64,000 nt of DNA, taken from positions 6,031-70,030 of the forward strand of contig CAWGWT010000004.1 of assembly GCA_963826325.1 (NCBI GenBank), read 5' to 3'. The translations under genes and the position numbers were made by a program. This document shows, one piece after another, positions 45,007 through 54,242 of this stretch. The notes under the pieces were generated by a model that did not search any database, was not told the origin of the DNA, and worked only from the letters and a program-made list of their open reading frames with translations. Within the stretch, counting starts at the first letter, position 1, and each line of letters starts with the position of its first letter. This DNA is from Vulcanimicrobiota bacterium (lineage in GTDB: Bacteria; Vulcanimicrobiota; Vulcanimicrobiia; Vulcanimicrobiales; Vulcanimicrobiaceae).

Positions 45007-46144
45007 GGAGACCCAGCGCCACCATCATTTCGAAGCCCACCTCCAGCGCCCGCTCGTCGATGTCGAACCGAGCGCTGTGGTGCGGCTCGTGGCCTGCGGT
45101 CGGCCCTCTCGCTCCGACGAGGAAGTACGAACCGGGCCGTTCCTGCTGCATGAACGCCATGTCTTCCGACCACATCACGATCTCGTGGGGGTCGACGACG
45201 TTTTCCGCGCCGACGATCCGCCGCGCGATGTCGCGCACGAGCGCGTTTGCGGCCGGATCGTTAATCGTCGGCGGATAGACCCAATGATAATCGAACGTGT
45301 ATTTGAGGCGCATCGCGGTGCAGAGTCCGCCCAGCAGACGCTCGATCCGCTCCGGTAGCTCTTTGCGGACTGCATCGTCAAACGCACGCACGCTTCCCTG
45401 CAGTTGGGCGCGCTCGGGGATAACGTTGAACGTACTGCCTGCGTGCAGCGAGCCGACGGTGACGACCACCGGCTGGGGCGCTGCAACTTCGCGGCTCGCA
45501 ATCGTTTGGAGCAGCGTTATAAGCTCGGCAGCTCCCACGATCGGATCGACCGCTTTCTCGGGCATCGCGCCGTGGCCGCCGCTGCCGATCAGTTCGATGT
45601 CGAAACGATCGGAGGACGCAAAGAAAGCGCCGTCGCGGACTCCGATCTTACCGGCGTCGAGCCCACTGTAGAGATGTAACGCGAAGGTGCGGTCTACGTG
45701 CGGGTTTTCGAGCGCCCCGTCCGCGATCATCTGCTTGTTGCCGGAGAAGCCTTCTTCGCCGGGTTGAAAACAGAAGACAAGCACGCCGGGGACCTCTGCC
45801 TTGCGGCGGTAGAGCTCGCGCGCCGCAGCCAACAGCATCGCCATGTGTCCGTCGTGGCCGCACGCGTGCATGATGCCCGCTCTCGCCGAGCGATACGGGG
45901 CATCGTTGAGCTCTTCTACCGGGAGCGCGTCCATGTCGGCGCGCAGCAGCGTTACTGGCCCGTTCTTGCCGCCTCGCAGCGTCGCAAGTACGCCCGTCTT
46001 TCCAACGGCGGTACGAATTTCGTCGAATCCAAAGCCGCGCAGCTCGCGCTCGATGAAGGACGCCGTTTCGTGCTCCTCCATCGAGAGCTCCGGCTGCGCG
46101 TGAAAGTGACGGCGATATCGAACGAGCTCGTCGTTGCGAACCAT
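44999..46144 (-). CDS. M20D-family amidohydrolase (N-acyl-L-amino acid amidohydrolase/hippurate hydrolase-like)
   Basis: ...RRHFHAQPELSMEEHETASFI...LRADMDALP...HACGHDGH... Confidence 0.85.
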   Translation of the reverse strand: MVRNDELVRYRRHFHAQPELSMEEHETASFIERELRGFGFDEIRTAVGKTGVLATLRGGKNGPVTLLRADMDALPVEELNDAPYRSARAGIMHACGHDGHMAMLLAAARELYRRKAEVPGVLVFCFQPGEEGFSGNKQMIADGALENPHVDRTFALHLYSGLDAGKIGVRDGAFFASSDRFDIELIGSGGHGAMPEKAVDPIVGAAELITLLQTIASREVAAPQPVVVTVGSLHAGSTFNVIPERAQLQGSVRAFDDAVRKELPERIERLLGGLCTAMRLKYTFDYHWVYPPTINDPAANALVRDIARRIVGAENVVDPHEIVMWSEDMAFMQQERPGSYFLVGARGPTAGHEPHHSARFDIDERALEVGFEMMVALGLRG

Positions 46145-46191
46145 GGCTTGCTGTTGGTCGGCCGCCGCTTCCCTACCTCCGGCCGCAGGAT

Positions 46192-47247
46192 TTGGCTCGG
46201 TCAGCGAGCGACTACGCGTCGGTGGCCACTTCTAAGCCAACATTGGTAGCCTTCGATCGCCACGGATTGACCGACGAAGAGCTCATCGCGATCTTTCGGA
46301 CGATGCTCATGCAGCGCACGCTCGAGAATCGCGGTTTTCAGCTCAACCGTCAAGGAAAGATTCCGTTCGCATCAGCGAGTGAAGGACACGAAGCGGTCCA
46401 GGCCGGCGCCGCGATGGCCTTCGAGCGCGGCAAGGACATCCTCGTCCCGTATTACCGCGATCTCGGACTCGCACTTGGAATTGGGCTCACGCCATACGAA
46501 GTGCTGCTCTCTCTTTTCGCGCGAGCGGCCGACCACTCGGCGGGGCGGCAGTTTCCGCATCACTATGCCAGCCGCCGCCTCGGTTTGCATACGATAAGCT
46601 CGGTGATTGCCGCGCAGCTTCCCCACGCTGTTGGAGCGGCCTATGCACTGCAATATCGCAACGAACGCGGACGCGCCGTTTTGACGACCTTTGGCGACGG
46701 GGCTACGAGCGAAGGCGAGTGGCACGAATCGGTTAACTTCGCTGCAGTTCACGCGCTGCCGATCGTCTTTCTTTGTGAGAACAACGAATGGGCGATTTCG
46801 ACGCCGCTCTCCAAACAAATGGGCCAGCCCGACGTGTACAAACGTGCTCCCGGCTACGGACTCCCGGGCACGGCAGTAGACGGCATGGATCCGATCGCGT
46901 GCTACGCCGTCGTGGGTGAGGCCCTGGGCCGTGCGCGCTCCGGCGGCGGACCCACTTTGGTCGAAGCGAAGTGCTATCGCTTCTTGTCGCATACCACCGA
47001 CGACGATGACCGCACCTACCGATCCCGCGAGGAGGTCGAGGCGCGCCGCAAAGACGATCCCGTTCCTCGTTTCGAGCGCCTTCTGGTCGAGCATTCGATT
47101 CTTACCTCGGCGGACGTGGAAGCATTGAAGCGCGCCGTTCTCGAAGAAACGAACGATGCCACAGACCGGGCCGAAGCAATGGCCTATCCGGCGGCTCGCG
47201 ACCTGTACGAGCGCGTCTACGCGGAGCGGTGGGACCCTTGGATTTGA
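46192..47247 (+). CDS. 2-oxoacid dehydrogenase E1 component alpha subunit, copy 1
   Basis: TPP motif ...FGDGATSEGEWHESVNFAAVHALPIVFLCENNEWAIST.... Confidence 0.9.
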   Translation: MARSASDYASVATSKPTLVAFDRHGLTDEELIAIFRTMLMQRTLENRGFQLNRQGKIPFASASEGHEAVQAGAAMAFERGKDILVPYYRDLGLALGIGLTPYEVLLSLFARAADHSAGRQFPHHYASRRLGLHTISSVIAAQLPHAVGAAYALQYRNERGRAVLTTFGDGATSEGEWHESVNFAAVHALPIVFLCENNEWAISTPLSKQMGQPDVYKRAPGYGLPGTAVDGMDPIACYAVVGEALGRARSGGGPTLVEAKCYRFLSHTTDDDDRTYRSREEVEARRKDDPVPRFERLLVEHSILTSADVEALKRAVLEETNDATDRAEAMAYPAARDLYERVYAERWDPWI

Positions 47248-47255
47248 CGAACCAG

Positions 47256-48296
47256 ATGGAGCCAACAATGGCTAGCACCGATATTGCGACGGGCAGGCTT
47301 GAGCGCCATGGGCTGAGCGACGAGCAGCTGCGCGCGATCTTCCGCAACATGCTGCTGCAGCGCCAGCTCGACAACCGGGGCTTTCAGCTCAATCGGCAGG
47401 GCAAGGTTCCCTTCGCGCTGGGCAGCGAGGGGCACGAAGCGCTCCAAGCAGGCGCGGCCATGGCGTTCAATCGCGGCACCGACATCCTCGCCCCGTATTA
47501 TCGCGATCTCGGTCTCTGCTTGGGGATCGGGCTCTCGCCCTACGAGATCATGCTCTCGATCTTTGCGCGCGCCGCCGACCACAACGGAGGACGCCAATTT
47601 CCGAATCACTACTCGTCGAGAGCCGCCGGGCTGATGTCGTTCTCGTCGATTTTGGCGGCGCATCTTCCCCACGCGGTCGGCGCCGCCTATGCCATCAAGT
47701 ATCGCGCCGAAAACGGCCGCGCCGTGCTCGCAACGTGCGGCGACGGGACCACGAGCGAAGGCGAATGGCACGAGTCGATGAATTTCGCCGCGGTTCACAA
47801 GCTGCCGTTCGTGATGCTCGTCGAGAACAACGAGTGGGCGATCTCGACGCCGCTCGAGAAGCAGATGGCCGAACCGCAAATCTGGAAGCGTGCCGCCGGT
47901 TACGGCATGCCGGGCCGGCGTTTCAACGGCTTCGACCCAATCGAAACGTACGCTGCCGTCAAGGAAGCGATGGAGCGCGCTCGGAGCGGGGGCGGACCGA
48001 CGCTCGTCGAGGGCACGTGTTATCGGTATTTAGCGCATTCGACCGACGACAACGACATGACGTACCGGACGCGCGAAGCGGTCACAGAGCGGCGCAAACT
48101 GGACCCGGTGCCCGCGTTCGAAGCCGTGCTCATCGAGCACTCGATCGTTGACGCGAAGGACGTCGCGGAGATGCGCAAGGCCGTCTTGCAGGAGACCAAC
48201 GAAGCAACCGACGCGGCCGAAGCGCAGCCGTTTCCGAAAGCCTCCGATCTCTACACGCACGTCTACGAAGGAGCCTGGCAGCCGTGGCAGTCGTAA
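47256..48296 (+). CDS. 2-oxoacid dehydrogenase E1 component alpha subunit, copy 2 (tandem paralog)
   Basis: Collinear with copy 1 along its whole length and roughly two-thirds identical by eye (...CGDGTTSEGEWHESMNFAAVHKLPFVMLVENNEWAIST...). Confidence 0.9.
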   Translation: MEPTMASTDIATGRLERHGLSDEQLRAIFRNMLLQRQLDNRGFQLNRQGKVPFALGSEGHEALQAGAAMAFNRGTDILAPYYRDLGLCLGIGLSPYEIMLSIFARAADHNGGRQFPNHYSSRAAGLMSFSSILAAHLPHAVGAAYAIKYRAENGRAVLATCGDGTTSEGEWHESMNFAAVHKLPFVMLVENNEWAISTPLEKQMAEPQIWKRAAGYGMPGRRFNGFDPIETYAAVKEAMERARSGGGPTLVEGTCYRYLAHSTDDNDMTYRTREAVTERRKLDPVPAFEAVLIEHSIVDAKDVAEMRKAVLQETNEATDAAEAQPFPKASDLYTHVYEGAWQPWQS

Positions 48297-48313
48297 GCGC
48301 GAACTCGACCGTA

Positions 48314-49288
48314 ATGAACAACGTCGAAGCGGTCCGCGCGACGCTCTACGAGGCGTTGAAGACCGACGACCGGACGTTGATCATCGGTGAAGACGTCGGC
48401 GCGCGGGGGAATGTCTTTTTGATCACAAAAGATTTCGTCAGCGAGTTCGGCGAGAGACGCATCATTGACACGCCGATCGCGGAAGCCTCGATCGTCGGCA
48501 TTGCGATCGGCATGGCCATGGAGGGCCTTCGTCCGATCGCGGAAATTCAGTTCGCCGATTTCATCTACCCGTCGTTCAACCAAATCGTCGGCGAGGCGGC
48601 AAAGACCCGCTATCGTTCGAACGGCGAGTATACCTGCCCGATGGTTATTCGTACGCCGTACGGCGGCGGCGTTCGCGGCGCGCTCTCGCATTCGGTATCG
48701 GTAGAGGCTTTGTTTTATCACGTGCCGGGACTGAAGGTGGTCGCGCCTTCCTTTCCCGCCGACGTCAAAGGCCTGCTCAATGCGGCAATCGACGATCCCG
48801 ATCCGGTTCTCTTTTTGGAGCACAAGAAAACCTATCGCCTCATCAAGGGCGAAGTACCGAACGGCCACTACACCGTGCCTATCGGCAAGGCAAACGTGTT
48901 AAAAGAGGGGACGCAGCTCAGCGTCGTTTCGTATGGACTTTACGTCCATTGGGCGCTCGAAGCCGCCCAGACGATCGAGGCCGAGGGGTTCTCGGTCGAA
49001 GTGATCGACCTGCGCTCGATCCGGCCGATGGATAAGACCACGATTCTACGCAGCGTCGAAAAGACGCGCAAGCTGCTCGTGATTCACGAAGATAATAAGT
49101 TCGGCGGCATCGGTGCCGAGATCAGCGCAATGATTGCCGAAGAAGCACTCTTTCACCTCGATGCGCCGGTTCGGCGTCTGTGCGGTCCCGACGTTCCGGC
49201 GATGGGATACGCGATGCCGCTCGAGGAAGCATTCATGTCCTCACCGGCAAAGATGGCCGAAGCGATGCGGGAGATGGTCAAGTTCTAA
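48314..49288 (+). CDS. 2-oxoacid dehydrogenase E1 component beta subunit
   Basis: ATG 48314 gives MNNVEAVRATLYEAL.... The family motif ...RIIDTPIAEASIVGIAIGMAMEGLRPIAEIQFADF... is present. Confidence 0.9.
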   Translation: MNNVEAVRATLYEALKTDDRTLIIGEDVGARGNVFLITKDFVSEFGERRIIDTPIAEASIVGIAIGMAMEGLRPIAEIQFADFIYPSFNQIVGEAAKTRYRSNGEYTCPMVIRTPYGGGVRGALSHSVSVEALFYHVPGLKVVAPSFPADVKGLLNAAIDDPDPVLFLEHKKTYRLIKGEVPNGHYTVPIGKANVLKEGTQLSVVSYGLYVHWALEAAQTIEAEGFSVEVIDLRSIRPMDKTTILRSVEKTRKLLVIHEDNKFGGIGAEISAMIAEEALFHLDAPVRRLCGPDVPAMGYAMPLEEAFMSSPAKMAEAMREMVKF

Positions 49289-50592
49289 TGGCTACGACGA
49301 TTACGATGCCGCAACTCGGCGAAACGGTAACCGAAGGTACGGTCGCGCAGTGGTTGAAGACCGTCGGCGATAGCGTCGACAAGTACGAAGATTTCGTCGA
49401 AGTCTCCACCGACAAGGTCAACGCCGGCGTTCCGTCGCCGGTTACCGGAACGATTCGCGAGTTGCTCGTCAAAGAAGGTGAAACGGTTGCGACCGGAACG
49501 CCGATCGCCGTCATTGACGAAGCCGGCGCTGCCAAAGCGGTTGCCCAAGCGGCGCCGGTCGCTCACCGCGCCGAGCCCGCGCAGGCGCCGTCGCCCAACG
49601 GCGCTAAGCCGAGCACCATCGACGGGGACGAGGGCGAGGCGGCAACGCGCGGCGCGTCGCCGGCCGTACGGCGTCTGGCTCGCGAGCATCGCGTCGACAT
49701 TCGCTCGGTTAAAGGCAGCGGCGCGAACGGCCGTGTGACCGCCGATGATATTCTCGCCGCGGCGCGCTCGACGGTTTCGGCCCCTGCCATTACCCCGTCT
49801 CCCTTAGCGCCGCCTCCGGCAGCGTCCCCGGCGGTCGTCCCGGGAGCTACGAGAACGTCCACCTACGCGCAGCCGATCCCAGGCACGTTCGTTCCGCTCT
49901 CGCAAGCGCGGCGCATCATCGCCGAACGCATGGTCGAAAGCCGTCACACCGCGCCGCACGCGTGGTCGATGATTGAAATCGACGTCACCGACGTTTGGGA
50001 ATGGCGCTTGCGAGAAAAAGATCGCTTCGAGCGCGAGACGGGATACAAGCTGACGTTACTGCCGTTTTTTATTCGCGCGGTCGTTCAAGCTCTTGCCGCG
50101 TTTCCGTTGATGAACGCAAAGTTTGCTCCCTCATCGGAATCGAGCCAAGCCGGCATCCACGTCAACAACGAGGTGAACGTCGGTGTAGCAATCGGCTTGC
50201 CGGCAAACCTCGTCGTTCCGGTCATCAAGCAAGCCGATAAGCTTTCCATCAAGGGAATCGCGATCGCGGCCGGCGACCTGATCGACAGAGCTCGGAAGGG
50301 AAAGCTCGGCGTCGACGATCTTGCCGGCGGAACGTTTACGGTGAATAATAACGGCGCGAACGGCTCCTGGGCCTCTGCACCGATCATCAATGCGGGGCAA
50401 GCCGGGATCGTGACGATGGAGACCGTCGTGAAGACTTTGGTGGTGCGCGACGACGACTCGATCGCGATCCGGCGCATGATGAACTCATGCCTCTCGCTCG
50501 ACCATCGTGTCGTCGATGGTTACGTCGCCAGCGGCTTCCTCGCCGATCTGAAGCGGCGCTTGGAAGCGATGGGGCCGCAGGGAGAGTTTTAA
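49288..50592 (+). CDS. Dihydrolipoamide acyltransferase (E2 component)
   Basis: ATG 49288 overlaps the E1-beta stop (TAATG). It has a lipoyl domain (...VEVSTDKVNAGVPSP...), a subunit-binding domain (ASPAVRRLAREHRVD) and the catalytic motif ...LSLDHRVVDG.... Confidence 0.9.
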   Translation: MATTITMPQLGETVTEGTVAQWLKTVGDSVDKYEDFVEVSTDKVNAGVPSPVTGTIRELLVKEGETVATGTPIAVIDEAGAAKAVAQAAPVAHRAEPAQAPSPNGAKPSTIDGDEGEAATRGASPAVRRLAREHRVDIRSVKGSGANGRVTADDILAAARSTVSAPAITPSPLAPPPAASPAVVPGATRTSTYAQPIPGTFVPLSQARRIIAERMVESRHTAPHAWSMIEIDVTDVWEWRLREKDRFERETGYKLTLLPFFIRAVVQALAAFPLMNAKFAPSSESSQAGIHVNNEVNVGVAIGLPANLVVPVIKQADKLSIKGIAIAAGDLIDRARKGKLGVDDLAGGTFTVNNNGANGSWASAPIINAGQAGIVTMETVVKTLVVRDDDSIAIRRMMNSCLSLDHRVVDGYVASGFLADLKRRLEAMGPQGEF

Positions 50593-50973
50593 GTCCAAAT
50601 TCGCAAGCATTTCCGATTCGAGGCCGCGCACACGCTGCCGTTTCACCCCGGGAAATGTGCGCGGATGCATGGGCATTCCTACCGACTCGAGGTGGCCGTA
50701 CGTGGGCCGATACGCAGCCGAGGACCAGCGCGAGGCATGATCGAGGATTTCGACCGAATTGAGCGGATGGTGAGCGATCGCGTGCTGGAGGTTGTCGACC
50801 ATCGGAATCTCAACGAGTTCATCGAGAACCCAACGGTCGAAAACATCGTCCTTTGGATCTGGAAAAAGCTCGACGGCGCATTGCTGCGCCTCGACGAGCT
50901 CGTCCTCTGGGAAACGCCAACCGCCTGCGCCGTTCTCCGCCGCCAAGATATCGCCCGCCACGTGTCACCCTGA
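50593..50973 (+). CDS. queD: 6-carboxytetrahydropterin synthase QueD
   Basis: The ORF track starts at ATG 50665. However, the conserved N-terminus VQIRKHFRFEAAHTLPFHPGKCARMHGHSY is encoded in frame from 50593, directly after the E2 stop. The true start is unresolved (ATT at 50599?). Confidence 0.8.
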   Translation, partial: VQIRKHFRFEAAHTLPFHPGKCARMHGHSYRLEVAVRGPIRSRGPARGMIEDFDRIERMVSDRVLEVVDHRNLNEFIENPTVENIVLWIWKKLDGALLRLDELVLWETPTACAVLRRQDIARHVSP

Positions 50974-50993
50974 CCGAAGTCGAAGGGTGACGC

Positions 50994-51569
50994 GTGTTAC
51001 AGTTGAGCGAGATTTTCTACAGCATTCAGGGTGAAGGGTTGTGGACCGGCACACCGGCCGTCTTCGTCCGGCTGGCGGGCTGCAATCTGGCGTGCGATTT
51101 CTGCGACACGGATTACTCGACGAAATCCTTTGCCGGCATTGACGAGATCGTGGAAACGGTTCGCGGAGCCGGAGGCGACTGCCCGATGGTCGTGCTGACC
51201 GGCGGCGAGCCGCTCGCGCAAGCCGAAACACCGGCTTTGATCGAGGCCTTGAGGCGCGACGGGCGCCGCGTGCACGTAGAATCGAATGGAACGATCTTCA
51301 CCGATTTGCCCGACGACGTTTGGCTCTGCGTTTCGCCCAAAGAACGTGTCGATCCCCGCATGGCGTTGCGCGCAAACGAAGCGAAGCTGATCGTGGACAA
51401 GCGCGTGCCGGAAGAACACCTGTCGCTCTTTGCCGAGAAACCGACCATCCTGCTGCAGCCGGAGGGGAACAAACCGGCGAACGTAGCGATTGCGCTCCGC
51501 TATGCCAAGGCGCATCCGCAGCGCTTTCGTCTTTCACTGCAAACTCATAAGTTCATCGGCGCTCCATGA
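50994..51569 (+). CDS. queE: 7-carboxy-7-deazaguanine synthase QueE (radical SAM)
   Basis: ...EIFYSIQGEG...VFVRLAGCNLACDFCDT... Confidence 0.9.
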   Translation: MLQLSEIFYSIQGEGLWTGTPAVFVRLAGCNLACDFCDTDYSTKSFAGIDEIVETVRGAGGDCPMVVLTGGEPLAQAETPALIEALRRDGRRVHVESNGTIFTDLPDDVWLCVSPKERVDPRMALRANEAKLIVDKRVPEEHLSLFAEKPTILLQPEGNKPANVAIALRYAKAHPQRFRLSLQTHKFIGAP

Positions 51570-52186
51570 TTTTGCTCGCGAGCGCCGTTGGAGCAGAGCT
51601 AGATTTCTGGCGGCCGCACCCGGGGGTCACACGAATGGTCACTGGCATCGGTCCCGTCGAGGCATCGTGTGCGCTCGCCGAAACGCTCGCGCAGCGCTCA
51701 TACCGGCTCGTCGTCAACGCCGGCATCGCCGGGACATTTGACGGCGCTGCGCGTATCGGCGACGGGGTCGTCGTTGCCGACGAGTCGATCGAGCTCGCGC
51801 TCGAGAGCGGAGCCCCGCTCGCGCTGCCTCTGGGAATCAAGCTTGTGGATAGAGCGCGCTCCGACGCCGCACTCGTGGCTCGGCTTCGCGACCGAGGTTT
51901 TGCAGCGCTTCGCGGCATCACTGTCTCGCGCGTCACCGCGACCGAAGAGACGGCTCGCCGGCTCGTACGCGAGTTCGGCGCGCAAGTCGAGTCGATGGAG
52001 GGTTTCGCTGCATTGCGCGCCGCGCAGCGCGCCGCCGTTCCCGCGATCGAGGTTCGCGGTATTTCAAATCGCTGCGGGGACCGCGAAAGAAGCGGTTGGG
52101 ACTTCGCCGCAGGGGTAGCCGGCCTGCGCCGGGTACTCGACGCGTTATTCGAGCTGTGCGGCCTGGCTACCGAGAACGCGCGATGA
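51566..52186 (+). CDS. mqnB: Futalosine hydrolase (nucleoside phosphorylase family)
   Basis: PNP_UDP_1-like fold (...TGIGPVEA...NAGIAGTF...ESMEGFA...) and an ATGA overlap with mqnD. Confidence 0.75.
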   Translation: MILLASAVGAELDFWRPHPGVTRMVTGIGPVEASCALAETLAQRSYRLVVNAGIAGTFDGAARIGDGVVVADESIELALESGAPLALPLGIKLVDRARSDAALVARLRDRGFAALRGITVSRVTATEETARRLVREFGAQVESMEGFAALRAAQRAAVPAIEVRGISNRCGDRERSGWDFAAGVAGLRRVLDALFELCGLATENAR

Positions 52187-53028
52187 ACCCATATACGTTG
52201 GCGTACTCGCCATGCCCGAACGACACATACATCTTCGCCGCCCTGACGGACGGCCTGCTCGACGATGCGCCCGAGGTGCGCGTCCACCTCGGCGACATCG
52301 AGGAGCTCAACAACGCCGCGGCACGTTCGGAGTTCGAGTTGACCAAGGTGAGTTACGGCGCGATCCCCTTCTTGATGGACCGGTACCGCATCTTGCCGGC
52401 TGGCGGCGCGATCGGACGCGGCTGCGGCCCGCTGTTGGTGGCGATGCCGGGTGAATCTCCGCCGCTCTTCGCCGACTTCGCGCGCAAGCGCATCGCGATT
52501 CCAGGAGAGCACACAACGGCGTATATGCTACTGCGGCTGGCGCTCGGCGCGCGCCTCAAGCACGTGCAGATGCGCTTCGATCGCATTATTCCCGCGGTAG
52601 CGAGCGGTGAAGTTGACGCCGGACTGGTCATCCACGAGTCACGCTTCACCTATCGCGACGCGGGACTCATCTCTATCGTCGACCTTGGAGAATGGTGGGA
52701 GAACATGACGCTGCTGCCAATTCCGCTCGGAGCAATCCTCGTACGCAATGACGTCGGCGAGGATGCGACTCAGGCGATCAATGCCGCGATTCGGCAAAGC
52801 CTAGCATTCGCACGGAAGAACGAAGCCGAGATCATGCCCTACGTCCGCAAACACGCCGTCGAAATGAACGACGAGGTGATGCGAGCGCATATCGAACTCT
52901 ACGTTAACGAGTTCACCGACGACGTGGGCGAAAGCGGTCGCGCCGCAGTCCACGCGCTATTCTCGCGAGCTCACGATGCCGGTATCTTGCACAAGGAGAC
53001 CGAGCCACGCTTCGCCGCCGTTTCCTAA
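52183..53028 (+). CDS. mqnD: 1,4-dihydroxy-6-naphthoate synthase
   Basis: ATG 52183 gives MNPYTLAYSPCPNDTYIFAAL...; the SPCPNDT motif is typical of MqnD. Confidence 0.75.
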   Translation: MNPYTLAYSPCPNDTYIFAALTDGLLDDAPEVRVHLGDIEELNNAAARSEFELTKVSYGAIPFLMDRYRILPAGGAIGRGCGPLLVAMPGESPPLFADFARKRIAIPGEHTTAYMLLRLALGARLKHVQMRFDRIIPAVASGEVDAGLVIHESRFTYRDAGLISIVDLGEWWENMTLLPIPLGAILVRNDVGEDATQAINAAIRQSLAFARKNEAEIMPYVRKHAVEMNDEVMRAHIELYVNEFTDDVGESGRAAVHALFSRAHDAGILHKETEPRFAAVS

Positions 53029-53120
53029 TCGGCAGCGCGGCGCTCGCGCTAGCAAGCAGGGCGCGAACCTCGGCTGAGCCGCTCCCGCCGGCGCGGATCG
53101 ACCTCGGCGACGAGGTATTT

Positions 53121-54236
53121 TTGCGAACGGCTTGGCGCGATCTCGGTGGCCGGACGGTCGGCGTCATTGCAAATCAGAGCGGTGTCACGTCGCGTTTGGA
53201 ATCGGTCGTCGACGCGATCCGGCGCCACGGCGATATTCACATCAAGGCTATCTATGCGCCCGAGCACGGTTTTCGCGGCGATCGCGGCGCCGGCGCATCG
53301 GTTGCATCGTACGTCGATCCGCGCGCGCAGCTGCCAGTCTACAGCCTCTACGGGGCATCGCGCCATCCGAGCGCGGAGATGCTGCAAGGCGTCGAGGTTC
53401 TGCTCTTCGACATACAGGACGTCGGCTCGCGCGCCTACACGTACATCTCGACGATGGCCTATGCGATGCAGAGCGCCCGTGCGTACGAAAAAGAGTTCTG
53501 GGTGCTTGACCGCCCTAATCCAATCGGCGGTTCCATCGTCGAGGGGCCGGTCCTCGAGCCCGCCTTCGAATCGTTTATCGGGCTCTATCCAATTCCGATC
53601 CGGCACGGGATGACGGTCGGCGAGCTCGCGACGCTTTTTAACGATCGCTTCGGCATTGGGGCAAAGTTGCGCGTCGTACGAATGAACGGTTGGCGACGTT
53701 CGATGATTTGGCCCGATACCGGTTTGCAATGGGTGCCGACCTCACCGAACATCCCTACTTGGCAAACGACGGTTGTTTACGTCGGCACGGGTCTGCTCGA
53801 TAGCGCGGGGATCAATAACGGCAGCGGGTTCACTCTCCCCTTCTTCCTCGCAGGCACGGCCGGTGTCGACGGGACGAAGCTCGCCGCGCGCTTGAACTCG
53901 CGCGATCTTCCGGGCGTATGGTTTCGTCCGGCCGCGTGGTCGCCGCTGACCGGTTTTTGGGAAGGGCACGAACTAACCGGCGTGGAGTTAGTGGTCTTCG
54001 ATTCGCGTCGCTTCTTCGCCGTCCGCACGGCCGTCGAGATCGCGGTTGCCGTCCGCGATCTCTTTCCCCGCGCCATCAGCATCAAGAGCATTTCGGGTCT
54101 CGACCGCGACTGGGGCACCGACTCGTTTCGGCAAGCACTGCTGGCCGGCAAAACGGCCGAAGCAATTTTGGGTCAATGGGCGGCCGGCGTCGCCGACTTC
54201 GAATCGATGCGCCGCAGGTATCTGCTGTACGAATAG
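53121..54236 (+). CDS. namZ: DUF1343 family exo-beta-N-acetylmuramidase (NamZ-like)
   Basis: ...VGVIANQSGVTS...AIYAPEHGFRGD...LLFDIQDVGSRAYTYISTM.... The frame is open upstream of TTG 53121 and encodes a twin-arginine signal (see findings). Confidence 0.85.
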   Translation: MRTAWRDLGGRTVGVIANQSGVTSRLESVVDAIRRHGDIHIKAIYAPEHGFRGDRGAGASVASYVDPRAQLPVYSLYGASRHPSAEMLQGVEVLLFDIQDVGSRAYTYISTMAYAMQSARAYEKEFWVLDRPNPIGGSIVEGPVLEPAFESFIGLYPIPIRHGMTVGELATLFNDRFGIGAKLRVVRMNGWRRSMIWPDTGLQWVPTSPNIPTWQTTVVYVGTGLLDSAGINNGSGFTLPFFLAGTAGVDGTKLAARLNSRDLPGVWFRPAAWSPLTGFWEGHELTGVELVVFDSRRFFAVRTAVEIAVAVRDLFPRAISIKSISGLDRDWGTDSFRQALLAGKTAEAILGQWAAGVADFESMRRRYLLYE

Positions 54237-54242
54237 AGCCGA

